From NCBI RefSeq assembly GCF_000150275.1, contig NW_002060947.1:3402980-3466979 (forward strand): DNA of 64,000 bases, given 5' to 3'. This document shows positions 51,427 to 63,999 of the stretch, piece by piece. The notes beneath the pieces were generated by a model, which saw only the letters and a program-made list of their open reading frames with translations, was not told where the DNA came from and did no database searches. Positions within the stretch are counted from its first letter, which is position 1; the number at the start of each line of letters is the position of its first letter. This stretch comes from Trichoplax adhaerens (taxonomy: Eukaryota; Animalia; Placozoa). Both the position numbers and the translations under genes were made by a program.

Positions 51427-54400
51427 CTAATTGCGTAAAAGACTGCATGGTTTTGCATATATGAGGCAAAACATTTCATCTTTAGCGACATTGAATCGAT
51501 TAATATCTTTCTTAGCCTGACAATGTTCCATCTTTTCTATCTGCGCCAATACCCATTGCGGTCCGGTATTTCCTACTCCAGCAATGAAATGTTTAAAATA
51601 ACCTTGACACGTTGGGTGCATTAAATAGAACTTTTGACGTGGTGTACAGATCTCGCATGATTGAGTTATTTTATTTAAAATCACAATAATGTAATCATTT
51701 AAGTTAAAATCACAATATGCTACGTTTTTGACGTACGACAAATTAGTCGTTGATGAGCTGCTATTAAATCTCTCATTCAGCTTCTCTTTTAAATAGTTAT
51801 TTTCAGCTGTAAGTGCATCTAGTTCTGAAAGCGCTGACGGAGACTTACTATCATCGTCTAAGTTTGGAATTTCATTTTCATTCGATTTCCGGAGTTCTTT
51901 AACCACCTCATTTAATTCTTGGCTAATAGTCATGACTTGTGATTCTACCTTATCTAAAATCGTAGCCAAAGAGGTAATATCGTCTGCATTTCCATTGTTT
52001 ATAAATGATGAGCAGGATCGTTTACATTCACTTAGTGTAACAAATGCATTGCCTATTGATCTAGAAAGACTTGTCAAAGTCATGGAATCAGTATTTTTAG
52101 TAAATACTTTACTGTCTAACTCATGTAGTGCTTGATATGAGGAAAGCATGGTAATTTGTTCCTTGAGACTGTCACATTCCTTTTCCTTAACTATCAATTT
52201 CTCTTGCATTTCAATAATAGCTAAAGGTTCTCTAGTAGCTTTAACAGCGGCTAATTCTTCTTTAATTTTAGCTGATTCAAGCTTTTGTTCTTTTGAATAT
52301 TTTATAACCTGAACTATATTATCGATCTTATTATCTATATCGTTGCCGTCAGATGTAATTATAGAAATATCTCGCATAATATCGCTATCCAACATGATAT
52401 CATCTACGGCCTTTAATAACGTTGTCAGCTTAATAGTATCTTCGTTACTTGCATTATCAATATTGCAGACATCGTCCGGCGAACAATCGGAGCGATCAGC
52501 AACAATTTGGGATTGCTATAAGAATTAAGAACGCAAAACAAGCAAGTATTTAAGTTTCGAGAATGCAATTGTTAGGAAAATTGCTCACAATTAAACCTTA
52601 CCTGTTCATTAAATGAAGCCAGTACAACATTTAGCTTCTCATTTGTATCTGTGATGTAGTCGTCAATATCACGTTTACTTTTCTTAACCTCGTTTAAAAT
52701 ATCATTAAGTTCAGATTTTACAGTTGCTAAGTAACTTTCTTTCCATTGCTTAAACATTCGATTCGCTATCACTTTACTATCATAGTCTTTGCTTTCAAGG
52801 CCATCGGGCATTCGTGGGCTTGTTATAGTATCATCAATATTTGGACTTTGATTCTTATCTTTACCATTTCTTAAGAGGGTGTGATTAATGCTATCAGTAT
52901 TACTAGAAAAAATAAAAGGTTCGGAATCATCCGGATCATCAGAAAACAACCTAGGGCTGTTATTATTAAATGCTTTATTGGTGGGTACGACGGTTTCATC
53001 CATTGCAATGAACTCAAATCTATTACTTTTTGACGTTGGAGACAACTTTCCACTACAACTAAAATTACATGGTTTGACCAGTAAATCATCGGCCATTTTC
53101 TTTAAAGATAGCTCCGATAATGCATTACTATTTAATTCATAATATAATCTTTGTAAATCATCTCGAGATATAGATGGCAAAGTAGTATTAATAGTTTTAG
53201 GTGGTTGATGGGAATATGTAATAGGGTACTCGCTTAAACCAGGGAAGAGTCGTAACAAGAAATGCTTGCCAATCCAATCTGCAAATTGCTTTCTTCGGGT
53301 AATTTCTTCTTGTAGCTCTTTTTGAGATTTTTCATATACTTTACTAGCCCAATGCATGACGTTAACAGAAAATTCCCATCTGTGCACAGTTTCAGATAGC
53401 AACCTCAAGTATACTTCTGGAGATGATCTAATTTGCTCCAGAATGGATAGTCTATGACGCAAATGTTTTAGCGTTTGATGATGGATGACTAACTTACTAT
53501 CACATTCACAAATACTCCTTTCCATTACGATTAACCAACGAAGACGACCGTGTAAATTATTGGATAATTCCGTTTTGGAACGAAAGCAACGTTGATAAAT
53601 ATCATTTAATTTTTTATGATTAGCATGCATAAGTTTCAGCTGTTCCGTATGGCCTTGCCAAAGATCGGACAAGACTGAACTATCCTTTAAACTACTAATT
53701 CTATCGTTATTTTGTGCAAAACCTTGAGCCATTTCAGTCTGATTTTGGGCTATCTCTTGCCCACTAGAAACTAGTTGAGATAAATCGTTGAATCGATTTT
53801 CGATACCTTTTACCTCTATCATATCTGCATTATTAACAGCATCCGCAACAGCACACATTTCTCCAATCAGGTCTTTATAAAAGGCATCATTTAAATGTTT
53901 TAACGCTCTACTACAATCTTCAATCATACTGTTCAAATTACTACCAGCATCTTGAGTAATAATCCAATCAAATAAGCTCATTTCGGTACTTTCTAGTTCA
54001 TTATCGCTACTCGATAACAACCTCGGAATAACGGGAACGTATTTAAGCAATGGTAGGACGTGATCAAGCCTAGAAATATTGAATAGGATAGATTATAGTA
54101 TACGGATAATAATGCTGGATAGTATAGACTAAATATGCGAATTTTTTAAATTCAGCAATAAAATTTTACAGATAGCTTTCTTTAAAGAATAGCACAAAAG
54201 TTGTACAAGTATACCTGTCTAACGTTGTCAAATACTTCTCTCTTTTACTAACATAGTCATTACAATTATTGCTAAAAGCGTTCAACCGCTTTCGCAGTGA
54301 ATCAGCTACAGATCCTAAATTAGTGAAAACCGCCTTCCAAGCAGCATACTGCAGCTGCTGATCGCGAACCAGAATCTTTAATTCTTCTATCATCCTATCG

Positions 54401-55334
54401 TCTGTAGCATAGTATAACAATTATAAAAGTTACATTTTGCTATCAATGAATGCAATTGAGATGTCAAATTGTGAAGGAGAGGAGTTATCACTAGCAAGTG
54501 CATTACGTACACAATCGGTAGTTAAAATACACTGAAGGAAATGCAGTTACAATAGAACTAAGTGTTACAAAGAATTGCAATAACACGGTTCTAGAGTAGT
54601 GATATGCATGCAAAGTGAAAGTAAAGTCCCTTTGACCTCATGTTGACATCTGTTTATCTGTTGCTGAAAATGAAATGGTCAAGGGAGCGACAATTAATTT
54701 CGTGCACACTCCTAAATAGGAACTACTGCAAGTTACCAGCTAGATTTACCTTCTCTACTCAATTGTAACGCTAGATCTGTCCTAACTGCAACCGTTTTGA
54801 TAGAGTTAGGCAAACTTAAGGCTGACTCTATTGCTTCTGTCCAGCGAATATTAGATGCATATGGCTTGATCGATGGAGGATTTGGCATTTCCATGATCGA
54901 CTTGTTGAAAAGATAGATAGGGTTAGACTCTACCGTGCCACACCTATTGGAAAAAAGTAACCGATTCTGCAGATTAGAAGAAATGATCGCGCATTTATTG
55001 CAAGGACATTATACCGTAATAAGCATTACTACTGCTTAATGTGATACTCTGTGGAGTTATAATGATAAAAGATGACAACTGCCACAAGTATTGTAATATC
55101 GTAAGCAAGCCTAAAAGGCACTGACGACAACCACGGATTTACTTACCCATTGTAGAAACAGATTTTATTAGCAGAATTAAGAAGTTGTCCTCCATTGACG
55201 AGTAGCACTTGATTGGCTATGCCAACATTAATCTTTTCAAATATTTCTTCCTTTAGCTTACTGACACTTTCTAGAGCAACCTCAACATCGAAGGTGTACA
55301 ACGTACCACTATTAGCATAAAATACGAAAGCCAT
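51427..55334 (-). CDS. RB1CC1: RB1-inducible coiled-coil 1 / FIP200 (Atg11/Atg17-like autophagy scaffold), 5 exons, about 1041 aa
   Basis: Exons 55147-55334, 54750-54943, 54215-54401, 52602-54069, 51427-52515 splice in frame. Ubiquitin-like N-terminus (QVLLVNGG, NPIYLFNK), DQQLQYAAWKAVFTNL, SLFDWI, KTELSNNLHGRLRW, LFPGL, and a C-terminal Claw-like domain (WVLA...EHCQAKKDINRFNV). Confidence 0.92.
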
Positions 55335-57739
55335 AACTTTGTTTTAACAGCATTAAAATTCCTAAAAATATAAAGAATATACATATGTACAGGATCAAAA
55401 CCACATGCTTATTATGATGTTAAAAAACTAATGAAAACTCCATTAGGATCTATAACCAGACCAATTTGTTTCCGAATTTTTATTTGCTATATCTTTGAAC
55501 CATATTTACGATAGTATTCTAGGATTGAATAGTTTTAAACTAACAAATTATAAGATAGCTGGTGAAACAATCTTCCACAGCCCTTAAATGCATCGTTTCA
55601 TATTTATACAACTATAAATTGTAAATCTTCGTCGCAATAAGTATCTACCCGGATATTAATCAGAGTTAATAAAGAAAACTATTTATAGAAATTGGCCTAC
55701 GCTCAGAATTAAAGCGTACTTTATTGGGAGACATCGAAATGGAATACTTTATTTAAGAACAGCAGCATGGCAGAAGATCCAGTGAGTCCTTGAATGAATT
55801 GATAGATCATGGCAAAAGATATCTCAAATTGGACCTACTATATTTACAAGCGAGTTATAAATAAGAAAAACTCTTAGGAGTCTATGAGAATAGACAGGCA
55901 TTGTAAGAGTTTAATACTCGACTTCACATATGCATGAAAATACGAGTGTATTTGTATGCCTAGCACAAACTATTTCTGAAGCGGTCAATTTAGAGAATCT
56001 CAACCATCAAGTCTCCCACTAGTATTTATGTCCTGTCTATGGCTGTAATCCGATAACAAAATGATCTTCCGAAAAATATAAAAATGTCGCTAAGATTTGC
56101 AATGCAAGCAAAGAGTTGTTCAAATAGTGCTAGCCTTAAAGTGAACCCAATGTTGACATCTTCAGTGGATAAAAGTATATGGACTATAGAGTTCAATTAC
56201 GACGACATTCTACCAATAAAGCGACGAGCAACGTTATATGATGAGTTATCCTGTATGACTTTCTAATTAAGGGTATCTTCTATCCTTGCTAATCCTGCTA
56301 TCGAAGTCACCACGAAAAGGTTTCATACTAATATCATCAATCCTACGTAGATATTTACTACCGAGTGTTACACAGTAATAGGATAGGATATTACTCGGCT
56401 TACAAATACGATTACTTTAGACATTACGTAAGATTTTCCATCATCTGTCATAGAAGTATTTTGCTACATAATCAATCTTGATACAGACCAGTCACTGAAT
56501 TGGTCACGAACAGTGTAAGCGTAGTCGCGTACGCTAGATTGAGTAACATGTTGAGGATTGGATGTGATAGAATTTCGCAAGGGTATCACGTAATATTACT
56601 ACTGTACTTCGTAATCATTGCCATTATAATGTAGTTCGCAGTATCATAACAATTTCAATCTTTATTATGGTGCTAAGAGATAAAATTATTCTAATCAATA
56701 AGGTAAGCATAATTTAACGTGCGGATGTCCATTGTACTGTATAGATTCAGACATATTTCTGTCGGTAACAGCTTGACCGTATTTCTAGTTCAGAGGATAT
56801 TCCTTCAAATCAGTATCAATTAGGTATCAGAAAATTGCTTCTATCACTGTTCAATCTATAATAGAAAATGTATAGCTCTATGCAAGCTTCCATTTTGGAA
56901 TATTTCGCGCTATGCAGCCGGAAGTAATTGTACCTAACGTAAGGTTGTCTGAAATCGATTATAATATCATATCGAAGAGCATTTTTAAACTTTCTTAGCA
57001 TATCGTTACTAGAAACGCAATCATACCTTACTATATTTAAAGTATGAGATTATCTATTCATTGTATCGATAGTACAGTATGTTAAAAAATTTCCTTTATA
57101 ATATATTTGTGTATTATCCCATTCTAGTCTGTCGAAATTTGCAACCGAACAACACCAGTCCTCTTGGCAGAATGTCAAGTACAGATACGCCTACACTGAT
57201 TGTATCACATCGTTACTGCAAAGTATTATTTTTAAATCACAACTGGCCTGACGTTAAGACTTCTTCTCAAAGTACAGAATATTTTTTACTCTATCAACAC
57301 ATCAATCTTAGTAATCTTACCACTTTATTGAATCCAAGAAATGATTAATTCCGTGCACAACGACGTAAACTGCGCTAGTCAATCACTTCATTCCGAGTTG
57401 GAAGCGTTGAAAAATGTCCTCTTCCAGTGCTGTACTGTAGTGTGCTACCGCTCGTGTTCACTACCAGCGGCACCGAGAAGCCACTGATACAGTGGAAAGT
57501 AAGGATGGTACTGCGCAGAATCGGTGAATGTACATATGAAGTTATAACCGAGTGTTTAGTCCTATACAGTAGTTGCCTCTATGGTCAAACACAAGAGATT
57601 GTACCACGAAGAATGGTGGCGTATGGGGATTGCTGTGAGCTGATAATCTTTACTCTATACGATTACAACAAAAATGTGAGGAAAATCATTGGAAAATATC
57701 CTGATATTACACTCAGAAATCTCAAATGACTTTCCACAC

Positions 57740-58810
57740 ACCCTGTACACAGTGTACAGTCATCACTACAGTGGCCGAGGATATCACTATCTGGTGTTCG
57801 GTCTTATAGTAGCTACTATGGTCAAATACAAGATTCTTTTATGACTCCAAATCTCGCTATACTGTACATTGTGTACAGTACATTTGAGTGTACAACGTAA
57901 TAACATATCACGGTGTACACGGTTTGCAGTAGAACTTGAATTATGGAGAAATTAGATATCGTACGTGAATTCTGCCAATGGATTCTTATAATTTAACTCT
58001 TCCTCTATCGACTGATATGTATTTTATTGAAAATCGACAAAAATTTCAATTTTTTATTTTTAAAATTTATCGGGAATCAGTTCTGGGACAACTTGTACAG
58101 TATTTTGCATTTTGCTGTACAGTGTACAGTACTGCACAGCTTACACTAGTGGCCACTGGACACTGGACAGTGGACAATGGATACCCACACAAGGTAAAAA
58201 CTAAAAACTACTATGATGGACTTTGCCTAGTTCGCCGTTACAGTGTACAGTGTACAGTACACCAGTGGTCACTTGGACAGTGGATAATGGACACCACACA
58301 AGGTAAAAAACTATGGTGGACTTTGCCTAGTTCGCCGTTACTGTGCAGTACTTACTGTTAATGGTGAATGCTTGATTCTATCCATTCGACATGTAGCCAT
58401 TTCTAAATTTGTATAATTAACGAGCAGAAAGTCCCCCTTGGTGATACTTTGCGTCAATGGATTGTGTTAATACTAAAGGAATAAATTTCCAATTACTTTC
58501 CTTTTCTCTGTCAGTTGTGCACTGCACATTTACAGTACAGTACAGTACTGTACTGTACAGCCTACAGTGAAACTCTACAGTACTGTACTGTACACTGTAC
58601 TGTACAGTAGTGTAGCAAGAGAAGAGAACTACTGCGCCGTGTACTGTACAGTACAAAATTGAATTCGTCTCGCAATTTCATACACTTGTAGTCTACTGTT
58701 GGTGCCGTACTCTACAGTACACTCTACTGTACTGTACTGTACCGTCAATTCCATCGATAGGGTACAGTACAATATACTGTAAGTCGCACTGTACAATGTA
58801 CTGTACGTCG
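57740..58810. repeat. (GTAC-W)n island complex D between the divergent RB1CC1 and nocturnin genes
   Basis: Sub-clusters at about 57740-57900, 58090-58350 and 58515-58810; 24-bp palindrome at 58535-58558. Confidence 0.88.
58142..58341 (+). repeat. Degenerate tandem duplication of about 85-100 bp
   Basis: Copies at 58142-58241 and 58258-58341 share TGGACAGTGGA, CCACACAAGGTAAAAA and TGGACTTTGCCTAGTTCGCCGTTAC. Confidence 0.92.
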
Positions 58811-58924
58811 CACTTTACCGGTGTTTACTTTTTTCCAATCGCTGGTACCGGTACCGATGCTCGCTACCAGAAAGAGGCTAGTTTTCCCTTTCACATTTTG
58901 GGTACCTTTGGTAATGTCTCCGCA

Positions 58925-60898
58925 ATGCATACTGCAGGGATGGATGCCGCATCATCTCCAGTTTTAGAGGACACATTGCATACTTTAAAAAATTCGCCTT
59001 CCGTTATTAATAGACAATTTGTACGATGTGATCAAAACGATATCCTACAAGAAGTGTCCAGTCATCAGGCCCGTCATGACGAATGCTTCCGAGTGATGCA
59101 GTGGAATGTGCTAGCGGATGGTAAGGCTGTCCTGTACAGTATTATGCAGGACCGATTAGGCGCAGTCAATTTCTCTATCAATAAAATCTCATCATGCCTT
59201 AGTAATTCAGTGAACTGTACGCTTAGCAGTCACCTAGCATTTGAAAGAGAGAAATGTATAAAACTGCAATCTAAAATTTTGATAGACATGAGTACATAGA
59301 ACATTACTTTATCAAACACAAGCTTGAACCTAAAACTCCACTAGTTTCGTAAAATTGGATTTCCATTACCTTAGCCGATGTGCTAATATAACTTTCTTTA
59401 TGCGACAGGATCAAGTGGAAATTTTTATTGACAGATATCGTACAGTAATTTGAACTTACGTTGCCAGTCATAGTGAATAGTCTACTAATCAACTTTCTTT
59501 TGCTTAGCCAAAGCGGGTAATGACTAGATTTTTTAAATTATAAAACCTAACTATATGCTCGCTCTGCCCCATAAGAATAAGAATAAACTTATCAAATCCA
59601 AAATGAGCATATAGACTATCCAGTTCATAACTTGGAGCAGAACAAATGACTTACAGTACAGTACAGTGGATCATATTTTTTACAGTGAGCAACAACAAAT
59701 ATCTTTGCACTCTACCAGCTGGCTATACCAATACATTCTCGGTGGCATTTCATTTTACTGCATGAAATTAAAATTTGAATTATTCTACAGAATTGAGTTG
59801 CTCAGTACACGATCAGATGACGTAATCATAATGAACTGTAATAACGAACATGGATGGCAAAAGAGTAATAACGCAACTTTCTATATAATTGCGAACAAGC
59901 TCTTGCGAGTATTCTGTTGCATTGCGGCAAGGCAATTGCATATTGCACTCTACAGTGAAATAGGAGAATAGTGTACGCGTTTTAAAAATTGCGAGTTCCA
60001 TGTCATAATCGACAGCCATTTCTGTAAACCTGCAGAAGTTTAGAGACTAACTCTATAACGCTTTTTAATTACAGCATTAAGTAAATCAGGACCCAATGAA
60101 AACTTTATTAAGTGTCCGCAGACTGCCTTAGCTTGGTCCTCAAGAAAGCATAGTCTGATGCAAGAAATTTTAAGGAGTAAAGCCGATATTATCTGTCTAG
60201 AAGAAGTTGACCATTATTCAGATTTTTTTCAACCTATCCTAACATCTCTGGATTACATTGGTTTTTTCGTACCTAAACCTGATTCACCCTGTCTTTTATA
60301 CGATGAAAATAACGGTCCAGATGGATGTGCATTATTCTTCTCAGCCAAAAAGTTCTCCTTAATTTTACACGACCAGTTCATCCTTCGGAAGAATGACGGA
60401 GATACCAATCAAGTCGCAATCGTTATATTATTAGAGACTACCTTTTTACCTGAGTCAAAGAAAATTTGTATCGTTTGCACTCACTTAAAATCTCATTCTA
60501 GCGAATGGTGTGAAAACATACGTAAGGAACAAAGTGCATTTTTGCTGAATAAAGTTGGTCAGCTAATTAACTTCGAATATATTCCTATTATCATATGTGG
60601 GGATTTTAATACCGATCCAAATACTCCAACTTATACAAACTTTGCAAACTTTCAACCATGTCATCTTAAAAGTGCTTATGCATTAAACGGTGAAGAACCT
60701 AAATTTACTACTTGGAAATTTCGCCCTAAATGTCAAGTGTGTCATACGATCGATTATATTTGGTTTTCTGATAAATTTTTAAAGCGCGTTCAATTCCTTG
60801 CCATACCAACAATGTCGGAAATTGGCCCAAACGCTTTGCCAGCTGAGCATTACCCATCAGATCACATGTCACTGGTTGCTGAATTTAAGTATAATTAA
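58925..60898 (+). CDS. NOCT: Nocturnin (CCR4-like EEP-fold NADP(H) phosphatase), 2 exons
   Basis: Exon 1 ends at 59120 (FRVMQWNVLAD); exon 2 is 60075-60898 (NFIKCP..ALAW..RK, DIICLEEVDH, PKPDSPCL..NNGPDGCALF, THLK, GDFN, TTWKFR, CHTIDYI, YPSDHMSL). Start codon uncertain: in-frame ATGs at 58796, 58925 and 58940. Confidence 0.94.
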
Positions 60899-63795
60899 GA
60901 AATCCTTTTGACGCTATAAATGTATAGACGTTAATAAATTTCATCTATTTAAATTTATCAAATCCTAATAATTCATGGGTATGATCATATTCGATGCCTT
61001 GAACATTTTTACTGTATTACAAAAGTTTTTAAATTACTTCCTTATTTTAGGATTGCTTTTATTAGAGTAATGTGGAATCTATGTCTACGTACAGTACTGT
61101 ACATAGATATAAATTTAGATCTTCAGAAGCAAAATGAAGTAAACATCTGACTTTTCTTATGAATTTTATATGATTATTATATAACCGGTCATCATATTCA
61201 GGCGCTGATGGATTATTTATAAATATATAACATATATAACATATATATATATGTATTTAGTATTTTTATTTGTTAACCCGCTAGCTAAATGGTACTACAT
61301 TGTTTATTTTGTTTCATCCAAATGTAAAGTATTTTTACATTTTACATAATAGTTTGCCTATAAAAGGTTAAACGTCAAAATAATTGGATAAGGTCAAGAC
61401 CCGTGATTGTTTCGATACAAACATTGCTAATATGCTATATAGTACAAGAAGTTTTTTTTGTTCAGAGTAATCCTAATGATTTATTGTTGAATCTAAAATT
61501 GCTTGCGATGGTTCTAGAATTATGACAAGTGAAAACGTGAATCCGCAGCTAATGGTCTTTTTTTGATTTCATCTCAAAATTTCAGGGACTTGAAATGTTT
61601 TGACGCCAGATCGACTGGAGCCCTAACCCTTGTTTCAAGTTATCCTGCTCTAATATTTTAATCAATTTAAAATTTACCTTGAAGCATCATTATTCGTTTA
61701 TTATTATAAAGCTTGCCTGTTTTTTTTCCTAATTAACGGAACTGCAACTTTATTGTCACAACTCGCAAGTGCATTTAATGCAATGAGCATATTGATGGTA
61801 ATATACAGTGTATACAATCGCTATATGTTTATAATATCCGTACAAAAACTAATAAAGTTGTTTGGATTTAACCCAATCAGCCAACCACAAGCGCAATATA
61901 TCCAATTACGCACGTAAGTGATTCTTTATCTTTTTACTGCAGTAGCCCTTAGCAATGCATACTACGTTATATGAATACTGCGAATGACAAATTAAATTCA
62001 TTTTAACGGATAAAAGTATAGTAAATTAATGTCCCATACTGCAATATGCCACAAAATTTTCGAATTTTCCCTTGATTCACCTAGATAATAGTTCAATTTT
62101 TGATTTTTCTTATGCACTTCATCACTAGCGACTTGAAAAGGGTTCTTGATTATTGCTACAATGTTTTATTAATCGCTTTTCCGGCCTAACCTTACAGGCA
62201 TAGTCATATTTAGAAAAATGATACTGCATTCTTTACTTATTTGATATTATCGTACTTTAAATATAGAGGCTTCACGTAGGAGGCCCTTGGGGGAGGGGGA
62301 TGATGAATAGTCCTGATCCAACGAAAAGTTTTCAATGATTACTAAAACGAATCATAATACCTCATACTGTCCCTAGTATCATAGTTAATTTCAATTAATG
62401 CTTATAGTCACCTATAAAAATTAAGCAACGTTATGACGATTTAATATCCAATCAGTTAATTGAAATTATTCCATGCCCGTATGCCTTTAACATCTAAAGA
62501 CGTACAGTACAGTGTATAACTGTAGTGCGTTAAAATCAAAATTTTAATTATTTAATAACACAGTATTTATGATAGGCTTAAAAGAGCAGATAACTATAAA
62601 AGTATGTAGATTAATGGTACAGCCACGTTATTCACCTACTCTATTTGTTTGCATTTTGCAGTTTATAAGCGATAGAATACATGAACCTCAGTTTATTACC
62701 CTTCATTACCGACGGGTGAATTACAGCTTCGACTAGGTAGAAAATGATTGGATTGGATGAATAATATGTCTGTAACATACGAGTATACACGGATAAAATG
62801 TTTTATGCAACATAAGGAGATTAAAGTTAACCGTCCGAAATATTGCGTGTAATTCCAACAGAATCAGCAACTACACTACATGCCTAAACACAAGATGTTG
62901 AAAACTTGCATTCACTTTTGACAGCTTGAAAAAGCTCAAAACGTTGGTTCTCCTATGTATACAGCATGCAAATATATAAGCCTGGAAACTTGCTATAACG
63001 GCTACACAGCTATTTTAAAAAATTAGGCCGAATAGCCATTGATAAGCGCTAACCTAAAAAGTGGTAAAGTAATAGCGCAATCAATAGTACAATAAATTGT
63101 AATGTAATGAGAAGAAGTTATAAAGTATTGCTGTTTATTTGATATGGACTATAACAAAACTATCATCATCCTGGAAATGACTAATTCTAAAATTAAACTT
63201 TATTAATGGTATTTACTTTCACTGGGGTATAGGAGTTGCGCCTCTAATAATGTACGCCATTTATTTTTATATCGAATCTATAAACACGTGTAAACAAACT
63301 CGGACTATCAAGCAAGGAACATAACTTTTATCAACCATATGATATTTATTACATTTCCTTCTGAATCAGGTAAAAAGGTAGTCGTGTGCAATAATTATAT
63401 GACAATATTTTGAAAGAAATTAGAACCTTGTCTGAGGTTATTCCGTTAACCTAAATCAAACTTCAACATTAGAAACGGTAGTAATTTATAATGTGCTAAA
63501 GTAGCAGTAAATTTAAGTCTAATTATATAGCTAGCATCATTAGTTTATATACCAATTTTTAGTAACCTCATTGATTTGAAATGTATGATATTACATATGC
63601 TATATCAGCATTAACTAGCACTAAGTTGTTTAAATCAACTAGTGTATAAAGAAATTATCAACGGTAATAAATAGTACGATAGAAGGGACAACTTTCCAAT
63701 TTTCAATATTTATTTATTTACTACAGTGCCGGTATGCATTGAACGGGTTCCGCTATGACATGTCAATTAAACTATTTAATGCTGTATAATACCGT

Positions 63796-63999
63796 CTACT
63801 TGCGTTGAAATATATATTCAATAAAGTGATTCCATTTGGTTTCATCTGATTCACCATCATGACCAGCTCCACCAGCATGACTTGCAATTAAATCGAAGCC
63901 CTTCTCAGCTAGCAAATCAAATGCTTTCTCTAAATGGCCATGCTTTAAGTAGAAACGACTAGAATAGCTATTATCACTTCGATCAGGATCTCGCGTTTC
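63796..63999 (-). CDS. 3' end (H1 domain) of a KCTD8/12/16-family BTB protein, partial; gene continues beyond the window
   Basis: Manual translation ETRDPDRSDNSYSSRFYLKHGHLEKAFDLLAEKGFDLIASHAGGAGHDGESDETKWNHFIEYIFQRK* matches the KCTD12/16 H1 pattern (ESRDPDR...YTSRFYLK...LE.AFD.L...GF...W..Y.EYVF.R). Not in the ORF track. Confidence 0.88.
   Translation of the reverse strand, partial: ETRDPDRSDNSYSSRFYLKHGHLEKAFDLLAEKGFDLIASHAGGAGHDGESDETKWNHFIEYIFQRK

Noticed and set aside
59817-59826. PAR-bZIP/D-box-like ATGACGTAAT in the nocturnin intron (similar site at 40343-40352)
   Set aside because: My rough estimate is several chance matches per window at this base composition, so there is no real evidence of circadian regulation.
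61620-61630. CCCTAACCCT telomere-like motif
   Set aside because: Fewer than two units; expected by chance.
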